Shown here: piece after piece, positions 24,720 to 37,467 of the stretch
Layout of the letters: each line of letters begins with the position of its first letter
How positions within the stretch are numbered: the first letter of the stretch is position 1
Notes under the pieces: model-generated
What the model was told of the DNA's origin: nothing
What the model saw: the letters and a program-made list of their open reading frames with translations, nothing else
The model's database searches: none
Program-made: the position numbers and the translations under genes
Assembly: GCA_002269645.1 (NCBI GenBank)
Contig: NIVC01002247.1
Span: 94,529-158,528, forward strand
DNA from: Macrostomum lignano
Taxonomy: Eukaryota
Reading direction: 5' to 3'
DNA: 64,000 nucleotides

Positions 24720-27700
24720 TCAAAGCCGATGTAGCCGCTTTTTCAAGCTAAGCCGCTGCTTCGGCGGCGGAGGCGGCTTCACTGGGCTGGTTTGCAGCAG
24801 GAACGGGCAGTGGCGGTACAGGTGCCCGTCGGTCAGGCAGTTCAGGCAGAAGGCAAAGCCGCACTCGGTCTCCGGCCGGGTGCAACGCCCGATGCGGGTG
24901 TCCGGATCGACTCTGGCCGGCCAGCGGCAGCGCGGACACGGGCGCAGGCCCTGATTGTTTACCAGCCGCTTGCTCTCCTCAACGAATGCGTCGAACAAGC
25001 GGCCGCCGCCGCCGCTGCTGCCACCGACGCTAGCGGCTTCGCCGGCGTCGGCCTGAAAACTGTCAACTACGGCGACTGGCGGTGCCATCCTCAAAGCACG
25101 CCGCGGCGGCTGGCTGGGCCAAGCCGGACTGGATGTCGACGGCGCCGGCGACGTCTCCATGGCAACCGCCGCCGATAACTGCGCGTCACCGAAGGTCCCG
25201 CCGGCGCTAGGAACGACAGTTGAAGCGGCCGACAAGCTGCTCCGACGGCTGGCGCCGGCGCCGCTTTCGTTTAGGCTGCGATTTTCTATAGAAGACGTCG
25301 ACGAGCTGTCCAGCGTGGCTCGGCGATGTTTCCGACGCCGACGGCGATGATGGCGACGGCTAGTCGGGTCTTTGTCGGCTCTGCCGCCAGCCCCGACGTC
25401 GCTTCTGGCCGGGCCGCCACGGGTGCCGAATCTGGGGAGTCGGGAGAAAAAGTAATTTAGTTCAAAAAGGAATTCGACGTTCAAGAAAAGGTTCGGAGCC
25501 GCCACTTTGGATTGCCAAGATGTTATTGTGCAGCATCCAGGCACCACTATGGGATATCCAGGCACCACTATGGGATATCCAGACACCACTATGGGATATC
25601 CAGACACCACTATGGGATATCCAGACACCACTATGGGATATCCAGACACCACTATGGGATATCCAGACACCACTATGGGATATCCAGACACCACTATGGG
25701 ATATCCAGCCACAACTATGGGATATCCAGCAACCACTATGGGATATCCAGGCACCACTATGGGATATCCAGGCACCATTATGGGATATCCAGCCACAACT
25801 ATGGGATATCCAGCAACCACTATGGGATATCCAGGCACCACTATGGGATATCCAGCCACAACTATGGGATATCCAGCAACCACTATGGGATATCCAGGCA
25901 CCACTATGGGATATCCAGGCACCACTATGGGATATCCAGGCACCACTATGGGATATCCAGGCACCACTATGGGATATCCAGGCACCACTATGGGATATCC
26001 AGGCACAACTATGGGATATCCAGCAACCACTATGGGATATCCAGGCACCACTATGGGCTATCCAGTCATCACTATGGGGATGTCTAGACACACCACTATG
26101 GGATATCCAGGCACCACTATGGGCTATCCAGTCATCACTATGGGGATGTCTAGGCACACCACTATGGGATATCCAGGCACCACTATGGGCTATCCAGTCA
26201 TCACTATGGGGATGTCTAGGCACACCACTATGGGATATCCAGTCATTACTATCGGGATTTCTATGTACCACTATCGGATATCCAGTCATCATTATCGGGA
26301 TGCCTAGGCACCACTATGGGGATATGCAGGCGCCACTGTCTATCCGATATCCAGGCACCACTATATGGGGATATCCAGTCATCACTATGGGGATGTCCAG
26401 GCACTACCATAGAATTATCCAGACGGGTTCATGAGAAATGCCCGCAGACGAATTGCCCGTCGAGATTTGCCCGCGAGTGAATTGCCCGCCCAGATTTTTC
26501 CCGCCGAGGTTTGCCCGCAATGCTTTTTTCCTGCAGCGCATTTGACCATGCGGCAGATTTTGCCTGCATTGCCTCCCAATGCTAAGTAAGTTGTAATAAA
26601 GAGATTTCCACAATCAAAACGTTTCGTTAGTAACTGCATATCAAATGCATATTTTTTGCGGGGGGGCAATGCAGTCAGAATCTAGCTGCCAAGCAGTAAA
26701 AAAGCATTGCGGGCAAACCTCGGCGGGAAAAATCTCGGCGGGCAATTCGCTCGCGGGCATTTCTCATACTCCCTATCCAGACACCACCATGGTGGTATCG
26801 AGGCATCACTAAAGGATAGTCCAGGCTGCAGGCATCACTATAGGATAATTCAGGCATCACTATAGGATAATTCAGGCACCACTATGGGATATCCAGGCAC
26901 CACTATAAGGACACCTAAACACCAATCGGGAATATAGAGGCGCCAATCGGGAATATAGAAGCGCCAATCGGGAATATAGAGGCGCCAATCGGGAATGTAG
27001 AGGCGCCAATCGGGAATATAGAGGCGCCAATCGGGAATACAGAGGCGCCAATCGGGAATATAGAGGCGCCAATCGGGAATGTAGAGGCGCCAATCGGGAA
27101 TATAGAAGCGCCAATCGGGAATATAGAGGCGCCAATCGGGAAGATAGAGGCGCCAATAGGGAATATAGAGGCGCCAATCGGGAAGATAGAGGCGCCAATC
27201 GGGAATATAGAGGCGCCAATCGGAAATATAGAGGCGCCAATCGGAAATATAGAGGCGCCAATCGGGAATGTAGAGGCGCCAATCGGGAATATAGAGGCGC
27301 CAATCGGGAATATAGAGGCGCCAATCGGGAATATAGAAGCGCCAATCGGGAATATAGAGGCGCCAATCGGGAATATAGAGTCGCCAATCGGGAATATAGA
27401 GGCGCCAATCGGGAATATAGAGGCGCCAATCGGGAATATAGAGGCGCCAATCGGGAATATAGAGGCGCCAATCGGGAATATAGAGGCGCCAATCGGGAAT
27501 ATAGAGGCGCCAATCGGGAATATAGAGGCGCCAATCTGGAATATAGAGGCGCCAGTGAAAAACATCAAGCAACAAAAAGCCCATTTACAACAGACAGACC
27601 TATCAACTAGCTGACGCCATCGGGAGCTGACAAGGCGCATTCGGGCGCAGGTGGCCGCATCAAAGCCGGCCCGCTTGAACAGGCAGTCCAACAGGAATCC

Positions 27701-28018
27701 GGAGCGGTCGTAGTCGTCCAGCTCAGCCAGGAAGTCCACCTGCTCTACGGCTATCCGGGTGCCAATTAAGCGCGGATTCTTCTGCCGCTGAGCATACCCG
27801 ATCAGCCGCTTGAGTCCCTGCCTGTGCACCGGAGGCAGCCGGCTCATCATGTCGCGGAAGCAAAGCGACCCAGGTGTGGCGCTGCTAGCGGAGGAAATTT
27901 CGTTTTCCATCTCGGTTGCGCCGATGCCGGAGTCGGCAAACAGGCCGCTATCCATCGTCGGGGCGGAGCTGGAGTCGGCGGCGGCGGCGGCGGAGGCAGC
28001 AGGGGCGTCAGTGTCCAT
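24720..28018 (-). CDS. FBXO5/FBXO43: Emi1/Emi2 (Rca1)-like F-box APC/C inhibitor, about 376 aa; exons 28018-27600, 25431-24720
   Basis: DSGLFADSG degron-like motif; pre-F-box RLIGTRIAVEQVDFLAEL and F-box end RLVSSRWRQLV; RxxL (RRAL); ZBR CPRC...C...C...CLNC...H...C; C-terminal KKRLHRL* tail. Phase-2 GT-AG join. May extend further 5'. Confidence 0.88.
25540..26410. repeat. 21-bp minisatellite A in the Emi-like intron (remnants continue to about 26905)
   Basis: Unit CACCACTATGGGATATCCAGG, decaying to the right. Confidence 0.95.
26425..26773. mobile_element. Mutator-like (MULE) foldback MITE, 349 bp
   Basis: 9-bp TSD TATCCAGAC (26416-24, 26774-82); long imperfect TIRs (GGG...ATGAGAAATGCCCGC...GATTTTTCCCGCCGAGGTTTGCCCGCAATGCTTTTTT) built of TTGCCCGC motifs. 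Confidence 0.85.
26920..27555. repeat. 21-bp minisatellite B in the Emi-like intron, about 30 copies
   Basis: Unit GAGGCGCCAATCGGGAATATA. Confidence 0.97.
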
Positions 28019-29849
28019 CTGGGAGTGATGCGCCGTGCACTCCGGCTTCCGAGGCATAAAATTAGAGAACACAAATTAATAAACTTATTTACTACTAATT
28101 TGCACAATGCCTTTTCTACATTAATGCGTCAAGACTGACTCTAACAGACTAGCTATCTATGTTGGCTGTATAAACTGAGGTCTACGCTTTAATGTTTCAA
28201 TGAACTATGAGTAATGACCAGTGAAAGCTAGAGTCCATCTAGGCTACACTACAAGAAATTTGGCTCTTGGTTGTTTTAGATAGGAATTCTTTCTTTAATT
28301 AGCATTTCATAATTTTATGAACATAATTTTTTAAAATAATTTTTAATAATTTTATTTAAAAAAATAAAATAAAATACTTAATAATTTTTTGAAAAATAAA
28401 CTTGAATGTCTACTTTTTAAGTTATTGTTATAGTTATACTGTCAAAACAGTCACATTATATAACTATTTTAATCAGTTGTCCATACATAATTTGCAATTA
28501 ATATTTAACACTCATAAAAATTAGCTATAGATAAGCTCTGTTGGTTGCATATCTGCCCATTAAGGCAGTGGCATATGCAGTGGCAGTTGGGGCATAACAC
28601 TGTTACCAAGTTGGGCCATCTTAGTGGAAGATGTTTAGGTAAAAAGCTTTAGTGAATATTTATCAATGTTTTTGTTATGAACATTGAGTACCTAATTTTC
28701 AGAGAGGAATAGATTATTAATTTCTAAACATAGATGAAGCTTTAATATGAGCTAATATTCTGGTGAGAATCAGGTCAAATGAAAAATAACTTTATACAAT
28801 GAGATGCTAGGAGAATAGCAATGTCACTTTTTGTCTTTTTGATTAACAAAAATTAAATTGTTATACACCTTGAATTGCATCATAGTGTTGAAAAAACATT
28901 GTGGAAGCAAAGAATAAGACTTGATTAAGACTATGTAACTATTCAAATATATTGTTAACATTGATGGAAACTGATACTGACTAACTAAGCAATTGACTAC
29001 ATAATAACTGCCTTTTCTGACTTGTACTCAATTTGACTTGATATGACTGTTAAATTAAGTGCTATGATTCATATTATTGATTGGATGAGAACTGGCCTAG
29101 ATATTATAAAGACTAAACTGCTAATGCAACAATGTAGGTTTGAATTTTTATAGTGTAAATTATTGTCTTGAATCATTTTTAAAGGTAAAAAGTATGAACT
29201 ATAAAATAGAAAGACAATAAAATATTAGAAGTCAAACAAAAAAACTTCATATAAACCTTAAATAAAGCACCATACATGCGCAACTTCTGAAATTACGCTG
29301 GCCATGCGACTTAGTTTTCGATAAAAAATGCGACTTACCTATGAAAGAGCCAAGCAAAAACTTTAGGTAAACGGCAGGAGTAACTATGACCATATTTTTT
29401 AAAGCTAAATGCCTCGCCAGCTAATTAGTCCTGCGTGCAGATTCCGCGTTTTTATAACAGCTAATCAGTGTCATCTAGTGGCGGCATGAAGCAATTAGTA
29501 AATTGTCAGTACAGTGTAGTGAGCATACTACAAAAGTCATGATTCATGAATGTCCAGAAGTAAGTGAAGTGAATACAGTGTGACCTATAGCTCAAGAACG
29601 ATTTGCTAGACGATTTGGCATGGAAGATGAGAGCCCTGATTCAGATGGCTCATCAGATGCAGAATACGAATCCAGTAGAGATACAAGCTGTGAAAACCCA
29701 CAGATTTTTAAACCACTGAATTCTAATTCCCGGAACTATTTTTGCATAGATTCTAAATTTGAAGTCATGCTCAAACAAAAACTTGTTAACAGTTAGGAAA
29801 AAGGCAAAGATGGGAGTAATGCATGTTAAACTAAGATTTGAGGCCTTTG

Positions 29850-30530
29850 CAAATTCTCTCCATTCCTCAATCTTCTCATCCTCTTTTTCTTTTCTCTCTC
29901 ATCCCTTATCCCTTCTCTCTTTCCTCTCCTCTCTCCTCTCTTTCCTCTCCTCTCCTATCTCTTCTGTCTCCTCTCTACATTCTTATCTCTCCTCTCGTCT
30001 CTCTCCATTCCACTCTACTCTCTCATCTTATCTTCCCTCTCGTCTCTCTCCACTCTACTCTCTCATTATCTCTCCTCTCTTTTCTACTCTCTCGTCTCTC
30101 CTCTCTTCACTCTCCTCTCATCTCCTCTTTATCCTCTCGTCTCTCATCTACTCTCTCCTCTTTCCTCTTTCCTCTCTTCTGATCTCATCCATCATCTTTT
30201 CTTTCCTCTTTTCTCTCATCTCCTCTTCTCTCTCATCTCTTTTTCCTCCCTCAGCTTTTCTCTCCTCTTCTATCTTTTCTCCCATCGCATCGCTCGCCTC
30301 TCCTCTGTTTGCTTATCTCTAATCTTCTATTCCCTCTACTTTGAAGTAAGAAAATATGCACATATTTTTGCTGAAGATAAGAGGAGAGAAGAGGGCATTG
30401 AGGAGAAAGGGTAGAGAGAAAGGGGAGAAGAGAGGAGAGTAAAAATGAGAGGAGAGAGAAGAGGGAAAAGGGGGAGAGAGAGAAGAGGGGAGGCAAGGTA
30501 GAGAAGAAGAGAGAGATGAGAGTTGAAGAG
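29850..30530. repeat. CT-rich then GA-rich low-complexity block
   Basis: Polypyrimidine tract 29850-30330 followed by polypurine tract 30375-30530. Confidence 0.85.
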
Positions 30531-30764
30531 ACACCAACCTTGCTACTCGTAGTTAGGAAGTTTCAAAGAACCCGAGGGGCGAGGGCCAGATAGAGGGGCT
30601 TCGCGAGCCGGAGTTTGCCAACCCCTGCTCCAGAGTTTAAGAAATGACGCGGGCTTCTGATTTCAAAGATCTTGTCTGTGGTTGAAGGCTTCTATTCTGT
30701 TTTTGCTCTCCTGCCACACTTGCACCTACTACCCCCTGATTGCCTCTGATTGTGACTTACTTCC

Positions 30765-31440
30765 CTCTTATTGCGACTTAGTTGCTTCTTTTTGCGACTT
30801 ACCTAATCCTTTTTGCGACTTACTTAATCCTTTTTGCGACTTACCTATTCCTTTTGCGACTTACCTAACCCTTTTGCGACTTACCTAATCCTTTTTGCGA
30901 CTTACTTAATCCTTTTGCGACTTACCTAACCCTTTGTGACTTACCTAATCCTTTTTGCGACTTACCTAATCCTTTTTGCGACTTACTTAATCCTTTTTGC
31001 GACTTACCTGATCCTTTTGCGACTTACCTAACCCTTTTGCGACTTACCTAATCCTTTTTGCGACTTACTTAATCCTTTTTGCGACTTACCTAATCCTTTT
31101 GCGACTTACCTAACCCTTTGTGACTTACCTAATCCTTTTTGCGACTTACTTAATCCTTTTGCGACTTACCTAACCCTTTGTGACTTACCTAATCCTTTTT
31201 GCGACTTACCTAATCCTTTTTGCGACTTACCTAATCCTTTTTGCGACTTACCTAATCCTTTTGCGACTTAGCTGATCCTTTTGCGACTTACCTAACCCTT
31301 TTGCGACTTAGCTGATCCTTTTGCGACTTACCTAATCCTTTTTGGGACTTACCTAATCCTTTTTGCGACTTACCTAACCCTTTTGCGACTTACCTAATTC
31401 CTGTTGCGACTTACCTGATCCTTTTTGCGACTTACCTGAT
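30765..31440. repeat. 20-21 bp minisatellite inside the hAT element
   Basis: Unit TTTT(T)GCGACTTACCTAATCC, about 30 copies. Confidence 0.95.
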
Positions 31441-34400
31441 TATTTTTACAACTTAGTTTGCTTCTTTTGCGAATTGTTTTTCTTTTGCTTCACCATTTTC
31501 CCTGAACTGCTCTTTCTTTCGCTTTCCTCTTGCCTTTCTTGGTTCTTGTGTTTTTCGGTTTTTGGTTGACTCAATTTTGCGACTTACCCCTGGTCAGCCA
31601 CAATTTACGGTGGCCGGATCGGCCAGGTCGGCCAGCAGTTGCGCATGTATGTAAAGCACAATACATAAAAATAGTATTTTTGTCAAACATAAAAAAGCAT
31701 CATTTTAATCTTTAAAGATTAAAGCAATCTCCTAAGCTGCTATAGATTCTATTCAGTTTTATCATTAAGGTCATAAAGTTAGGGTCTCTAATATACTTTT
31801 TTGAGTGCACACCTATACTCTTAAATGTAGGCTTTTGTTGCAATAATAAATGACCTTTAATGGTTGATTTTTTTCTTTTTTTGCTTATAATACTTGTAGC
31901 ATAGAATGAATATATACAAAAATTTCTTTAAATGCTTTATTACAAACTAAGAAACTGGAAAGCTTAAAATTTATGCTTAAAAACTTTTCATTGTTCTTTG
32001 TTCAAACTGTACTAACTTTTCTGTATGATTTTAGATAGTGCATGCTAGGTATACATGCATATTACTTTCTTAGGAATAATGCATGCCAATTATGCACATT
32101 TAACTTTTGATCTGCAAGGCAAATACACACCCAAATTTTCAGGTATATACTTTATGATCTGGAGTGTGGTAGGCAATAGCTATAGTTGCTTTTAAATAAA
32201 CATTCTGTTAGCATATTGTACATTATATATCATACACTTTTTCTACAAATATTAGTGTTATACAAACAGTATAAACAAACAATATGTTTATATTTGAATT
32301 TTTTAAATAACTAAGCTTCATATACTATTTAGTTCATTTATTTAATCAAGATCAAATGTTAGTCTAAGATCATTCAAACTCACTCACAATCACTACCTAT
32401 CCCTCTTTTACCATATACCAGTTCACTAGGCCTATAATCTATACCAAAACTTTTTTGCTAGAGGAAGTGCTTATCCCTATGTCCCATGCTGATAATTACA
32501 ATTTTATTCACATGGAAATGTGTTGATAATTTTCAGCTTATCCTCATGGCAGCTTATTGAAGTATTAAATTACAGTCTTGAAGTCTCGCAAAGCTAATTT
32601 AATTTACTTAAACTTTAAGTATTACACACATTCATTGCATTGCTTACATCAACTAATGAAAAATATGGTAGTCACACCATTAGTCAAATGAACTACAAGG
32701 TAGACATCCTTCTTAGTGGTGGTCAAATGAAGTTGACAAAAGATATATTAAAAAACCATAGTCAATAAATTACTCACATGCTATGTTTGCTTTTATTTGT
32801 AGACTTTTATTCTAGTTTGTTTAATTTTGTTTCTTGAAGTTCTGTCATCAGAACTGGCACAAAAAGAAAGTACAAAAAAGAAAATGATCTTTACTTAAAA
32901 ACCCTATAAAAAGGAGCTGGCAAATGCTTGCTTGGTAGTATAGACATAGCAAAATGGAAAATGTGCTTAAAATTACCTAGAACAGCTAGTATAAAATGTG
33001 TACAAACCACCAAACATAAGTGTAGTACAAAAATTTCAAAACTTTTAATAGCTTTTCCTTTGGCAAAAATTTTGCTACAATTTTGCTACCAATTAATAGT
33101 CCATGTTAGCTGCCCTTTATAACATTGTTTGTGGCTTTTTATTACTTTAAAACAAATAATTTATGTGCATTATTGTTGTCATTCATATTTTAATTTAGTT
33201 TTCACTATTTATTGTACTTTTTAAAAAATAATTTTTGCTTATGTTACAGAAAGTATTAATTTTTAAACCTAAGCTGAAAAGTAATTGTTATAAATTATAA
33301 AAAATTATAAAAAAAGAAAATAGACAATAGATTATATAGGCCTAGCTCTGTGACTTAAGACTATAATGCTATTGCTGCTACTAATTTCTGAAACAGACTT
33401 AAGCTTTTTAAAAGTAAAACTTCTGTTTGGATTTCTTTTGGAAGTTTAAAAATAGCTTGTGCATTTGTTTAAAGAAGCCTATGCCTTATTGCTTAATGCT
33501 ACGAGTATATGGGGGTTTTGAGTTAAGTCAATATTAGGTTAGGCCTAACTTTACCTAAACAGAAGTAAACATGCATATACCTAAAGTCCTATTTTTTTCA
33601 ATGGTAATAAAAATCTTGTAAGATCTTTTTTGTTATCATTGGACCTTAGAGTTGATTCCCTAAATAAATTCATTTTTTACATAGATACATGATTTATTTT
33701 GATTGATTTTAATGGTCTAGCTTAGCTTAGGCCTGCTATAGTTTTTAGGCTATTGCATTTTTATAGCAATCAGATACAAAGATAGATAGGCCTAATTAAG
33801 AAAGCTTAGATTAGAGTTAGCTCGTATTAGAGGTTAAAAACCCAAAAAGTTTGTTCTATTTTTATATTTTTATAAACTAATTTAATGACTTATGACTATT
33901 TTATATATGCTTGAGAAATATATTAAATTTATTATTGGGAAAATATTAATAGATATAAACAATCCCTTGTTATGCCTATAGCTTTAGAAAACGAGTGTAT
34001 AAAGTAAAATTATTAAAATTAAATAAGTCTAGTTTAATAGAAAAATAAAAACATTTTATTTTTTCCTTCAAATATCAAACTATCTTTAGTTATATCTGCT
34101 AATAAGCTTAAGTTTATTTGTCTAAAATAAATTTAACCTTTTAATATTTGGTTTTATTGTCCTAAAAACATTTTAATTCCTTTATCTAGCCCTATAGTAA
34201 CTATATATGATTAATATTTTTAAATTTCATACTTCAAAGTTTTTTAACTTGAACACAATTTTTTCTTTCTACAGATATTTATCAAAGAACTAACATCTTG
34301 ACCATATAACAACTTGCAGCTAATAATATATGTATGCAATTTAATTTAGAATGTAGTCATAGGCTTGTGTTTGAACTTTGTGATATACTTATATTTTTGG

Positions 34401-34493
34401 TAAGTTCATTATTTATTCATTTTAAACAAAATAAAATAGATCAATTAAATATTTGCTATGCTATTAATTTTTTTATCAAAATTTACCTATACT

Positions 34494-35090
34494 CTAGGAT
34501 GGAATTCTTGCACAAAAGTTGTTATACGTTTGTGCACACTTGTCAAATTCATGCGCGCTTGCACACTGAAAAGAAGCCTACTTATGCACTTTTAAAGAAG
34601 GTATGTGCGCGCTCCATTATTGTATGCACTTGCGTAAGAAGCTGTTTGCCAAAGAATCACAGACAGGATTTGACTTGTAAATGCATTCAACATGGTTATG
34701 AGCCATGTGGTGTATGCGGGCTCAAGTTCTCCTACTTTTCATAGTCTGGAAGATTGTTTTTACGCCGGAAAATTTCAAAACAAAAGTAAAACAAAGAATA
34801 ATAGTTTTTAGCAAAAACAGTTTCTTTGAAGTTTAGTAAAACTCTAATAATTTTTAAGAATATTTTCTCTAAAAAATATAGTGTTCAAGCTACTTTACAC
34901 TTAAAGTACAACTTTTTAATTTATGTCGGCGTAGAATTGCAAAACTAGAAATTTCATTTTTTTGCTACATAGGGCCATGATCTGCATTATGACTTATTTT
35001 TACAGCTGGCATGTGGCTCCAAATTTTTTGTGCTGACTCCAAAAACGTGCGCGCACATTTTCTTACCCTCAAGCAAGAATTCCATCCTGG
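34494..35090. mobile_element. Non-autonomous hAT-type MITE (597 bp)
   Basis: 18-bp TIR C(T/C)AGGATGGAATTCTTGC with 1 mismatch; perfect 8-bp TSD CCTATACT (34486-93, 35091-98). Confidence 0.9.
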
Positions 35091-37467
35091 CCTATACTAT
35101 TTTAGATGCAATTTGCCAGTCAAGACTAAAGACAACTGAAAGCAAAGAAAAATCATAAAAATGTCTAAAGTTGATGAAGAATAAAGGTAGTATTAGTAAA
35201 AGAAAATAGTCCCTTTGGCTGATCTTCTGGCTAGGCCTAGGCTTCCTGATGTAGCCATTATATCAAGTGACAGCAAGACCAGTGCTATTATTTTTCTAGC
35301 AAAATGTCAAGTTACCAGGGCCTATTTTGCTAGCAAAATGAGACCTCATTTTTTCATAAGGAAATAAACAAATTCTTTTACTCATTTTTCCACACATCCA
35401 GTTCTGTAGTGTTTGGCACAAGGCTAGAAAGTGAACACTTCCTTTTTAATAATTGATCTCCATCAATAGACAGTATCACTGCTAGTGCTAGATATGATGA
35501 CAACAAGACCAAGAAAGTATATACGACTATGAAGTAAGTGAGAGCTCTACATGTATAAGAGTAATAACATGTAGATGGAGCAAGGTAAGCATAAAGTTTC
35601 TATAAAATTTCTATCAGGCCCTATCAAAATGACCTTTTACCAAATTACTAGGCCTAGCATAGTTACCTTTGCTTTATTGCCTGCCCCCTTTGGCAGAAAC
35701 CTAAAAATGAAAAGGACTAAACAAATTTTAGCAAAATATGGAATCATCCTTTTATGCTTTAGGCCTATCCCTTTTGGGATCTTTACCCTCTAGTCTAGTC
35801 TTACGATTACGAGTATGAAGTCAAGATTTAAACTTAAACTTGAAGCTGAAGCCAAATTCATGCCATGGTTTGCACCCTATTTTATTCATTTGTAATTCTC
35901 TAACCATGTAAACAACATAGGGGCCTAGTTAGTAGTGCAAAGACAAATCGACATGATCGTAGCTTCTTCAATTCTTTGTCCGTCCGTCTGTCTCCATTAT
36001 AATTATAATAATCGCCGCGGGTGTATTTCTTTCATCAGCTGAATCATTTAATTTTTGTACTAAATTTAACAAAAATTGCAAGAAACATAATCAATGACGA
36101 AGCTATTAGTCACACAGCATGAACTTTTAAGCAAAAGTAAATATGGTAATATTTACACAGGCTTGTTGAAGCGCACTGCTTTACAATTTCATCATAAGCA
36201 TATGAAGGCCTTTTCCAAGGACTATATATAACGTGAGTAGGCCTTGGCATTTAAAACTGATGATTTCTGATGAGAATCAGGATCAAACTGGAAAAATAAA
36301 GGCATCGAAAAATTAGTATACTGCCGCTAATCTTTATGATCGAGCTTTGCGCTAAGAGTTATTTCCGTCCTTCATTCGTTTCATTCCGATTCAAAAGTAA
36401 TTATAAATTGAGCAATACATCTGTACATGTAGTTATACAATTGAACAACATGTACCATGGATAGATCCGAGCTATGTGTTTATGTGATATGTACATGCAT
36501 TTGTAGCTAGGCTGACCACAAAAATGTAATGTACTTGCAGAATTTATATTCAAGGCACTAGATATAAACTCAAGCGGTCGATTTGGCTGTAGATAAAAAA
36601 TAAAGCAGTACATGTACACTTGATGCATTTCGTTCAATATAGGCCCTCGAATTCTATATTTAAATATATCGCGTTCCTACAAAAGCCTTCACCAGCTCAA
36701 CCACTCTCATCAATTTGAATCTCAATTAGATAGACCTGCTGCCGCTAATTAGACTCTATCATCTGCCCTCTCCCCTTATATTCGTAGGGCTCGTTTTGCA
36801 GCTGCATCTCATATCACACTTTAACTACGTACCATACAAGCATGTGCAAAGTGCTGGTTGCGAGCCTCCAAGGGTCAGGAGTGGAGAAAGCTTACATAAG
36901 CTAAACTCGCAGGTTGAAGAGAACGTAAAAAAACCATGCCAAGTTAAAAATTGGCAGAAGCAAGGCAAGCGTGTCCGAGAGCGATTTAATTGATGCATTG
37001 TTTGCATTTTCAGCGCAAGCCCAGCAGGGCGGATTGGTTTGCCAATGGCTGAGTGAGAGCTGGCCCTGAGGACTGCGTGGGCCAGTAGAAGCCGAGGAGG
37101 GCGAGCCGCCAGGTCCTCAGAGTGCACAATAAAGAATTGAAGCTGTCCCAGCTGCGTGCGGTTCGCTCGCCATCAGCTGAAAGTGAACGCAAACTAATAC
37201 CACACTGAGAGGAAGCTGTTAAAAATAACCAAGGACCCTGTGAGTCTGGCCACACAAGAAGCGCACTTGTGAGCCTCATCGAGGCAAGAGTGTTATACCT
37301 TATACCACTTCCCAGCTTTTCAACACTAGCTGTAGGCATATACGGCATACACAGAGCTCAGAGATTCGAACTGGAATCAAAGACTCTCAGCACAAACAGA
37401 ACAGTGCTGCATGGCCTCAAAGTGATTGGTTCTGGGGCTATTTGAGACTTTCTACATCGAAACGACG

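Larger units (their letters stand above)
29271..31651. mobile_element. Non-autonomous hAT element (2381 bp) carrying internal repeats
   Basis: Perfect 15-bp TIR CATACATGCGCAACT / AGTTGCGCATGTATG; perfect 8-bp TSD TAAAGCAC (29263-70, 31652-59); no intact transposase. Confidence 0.92.
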
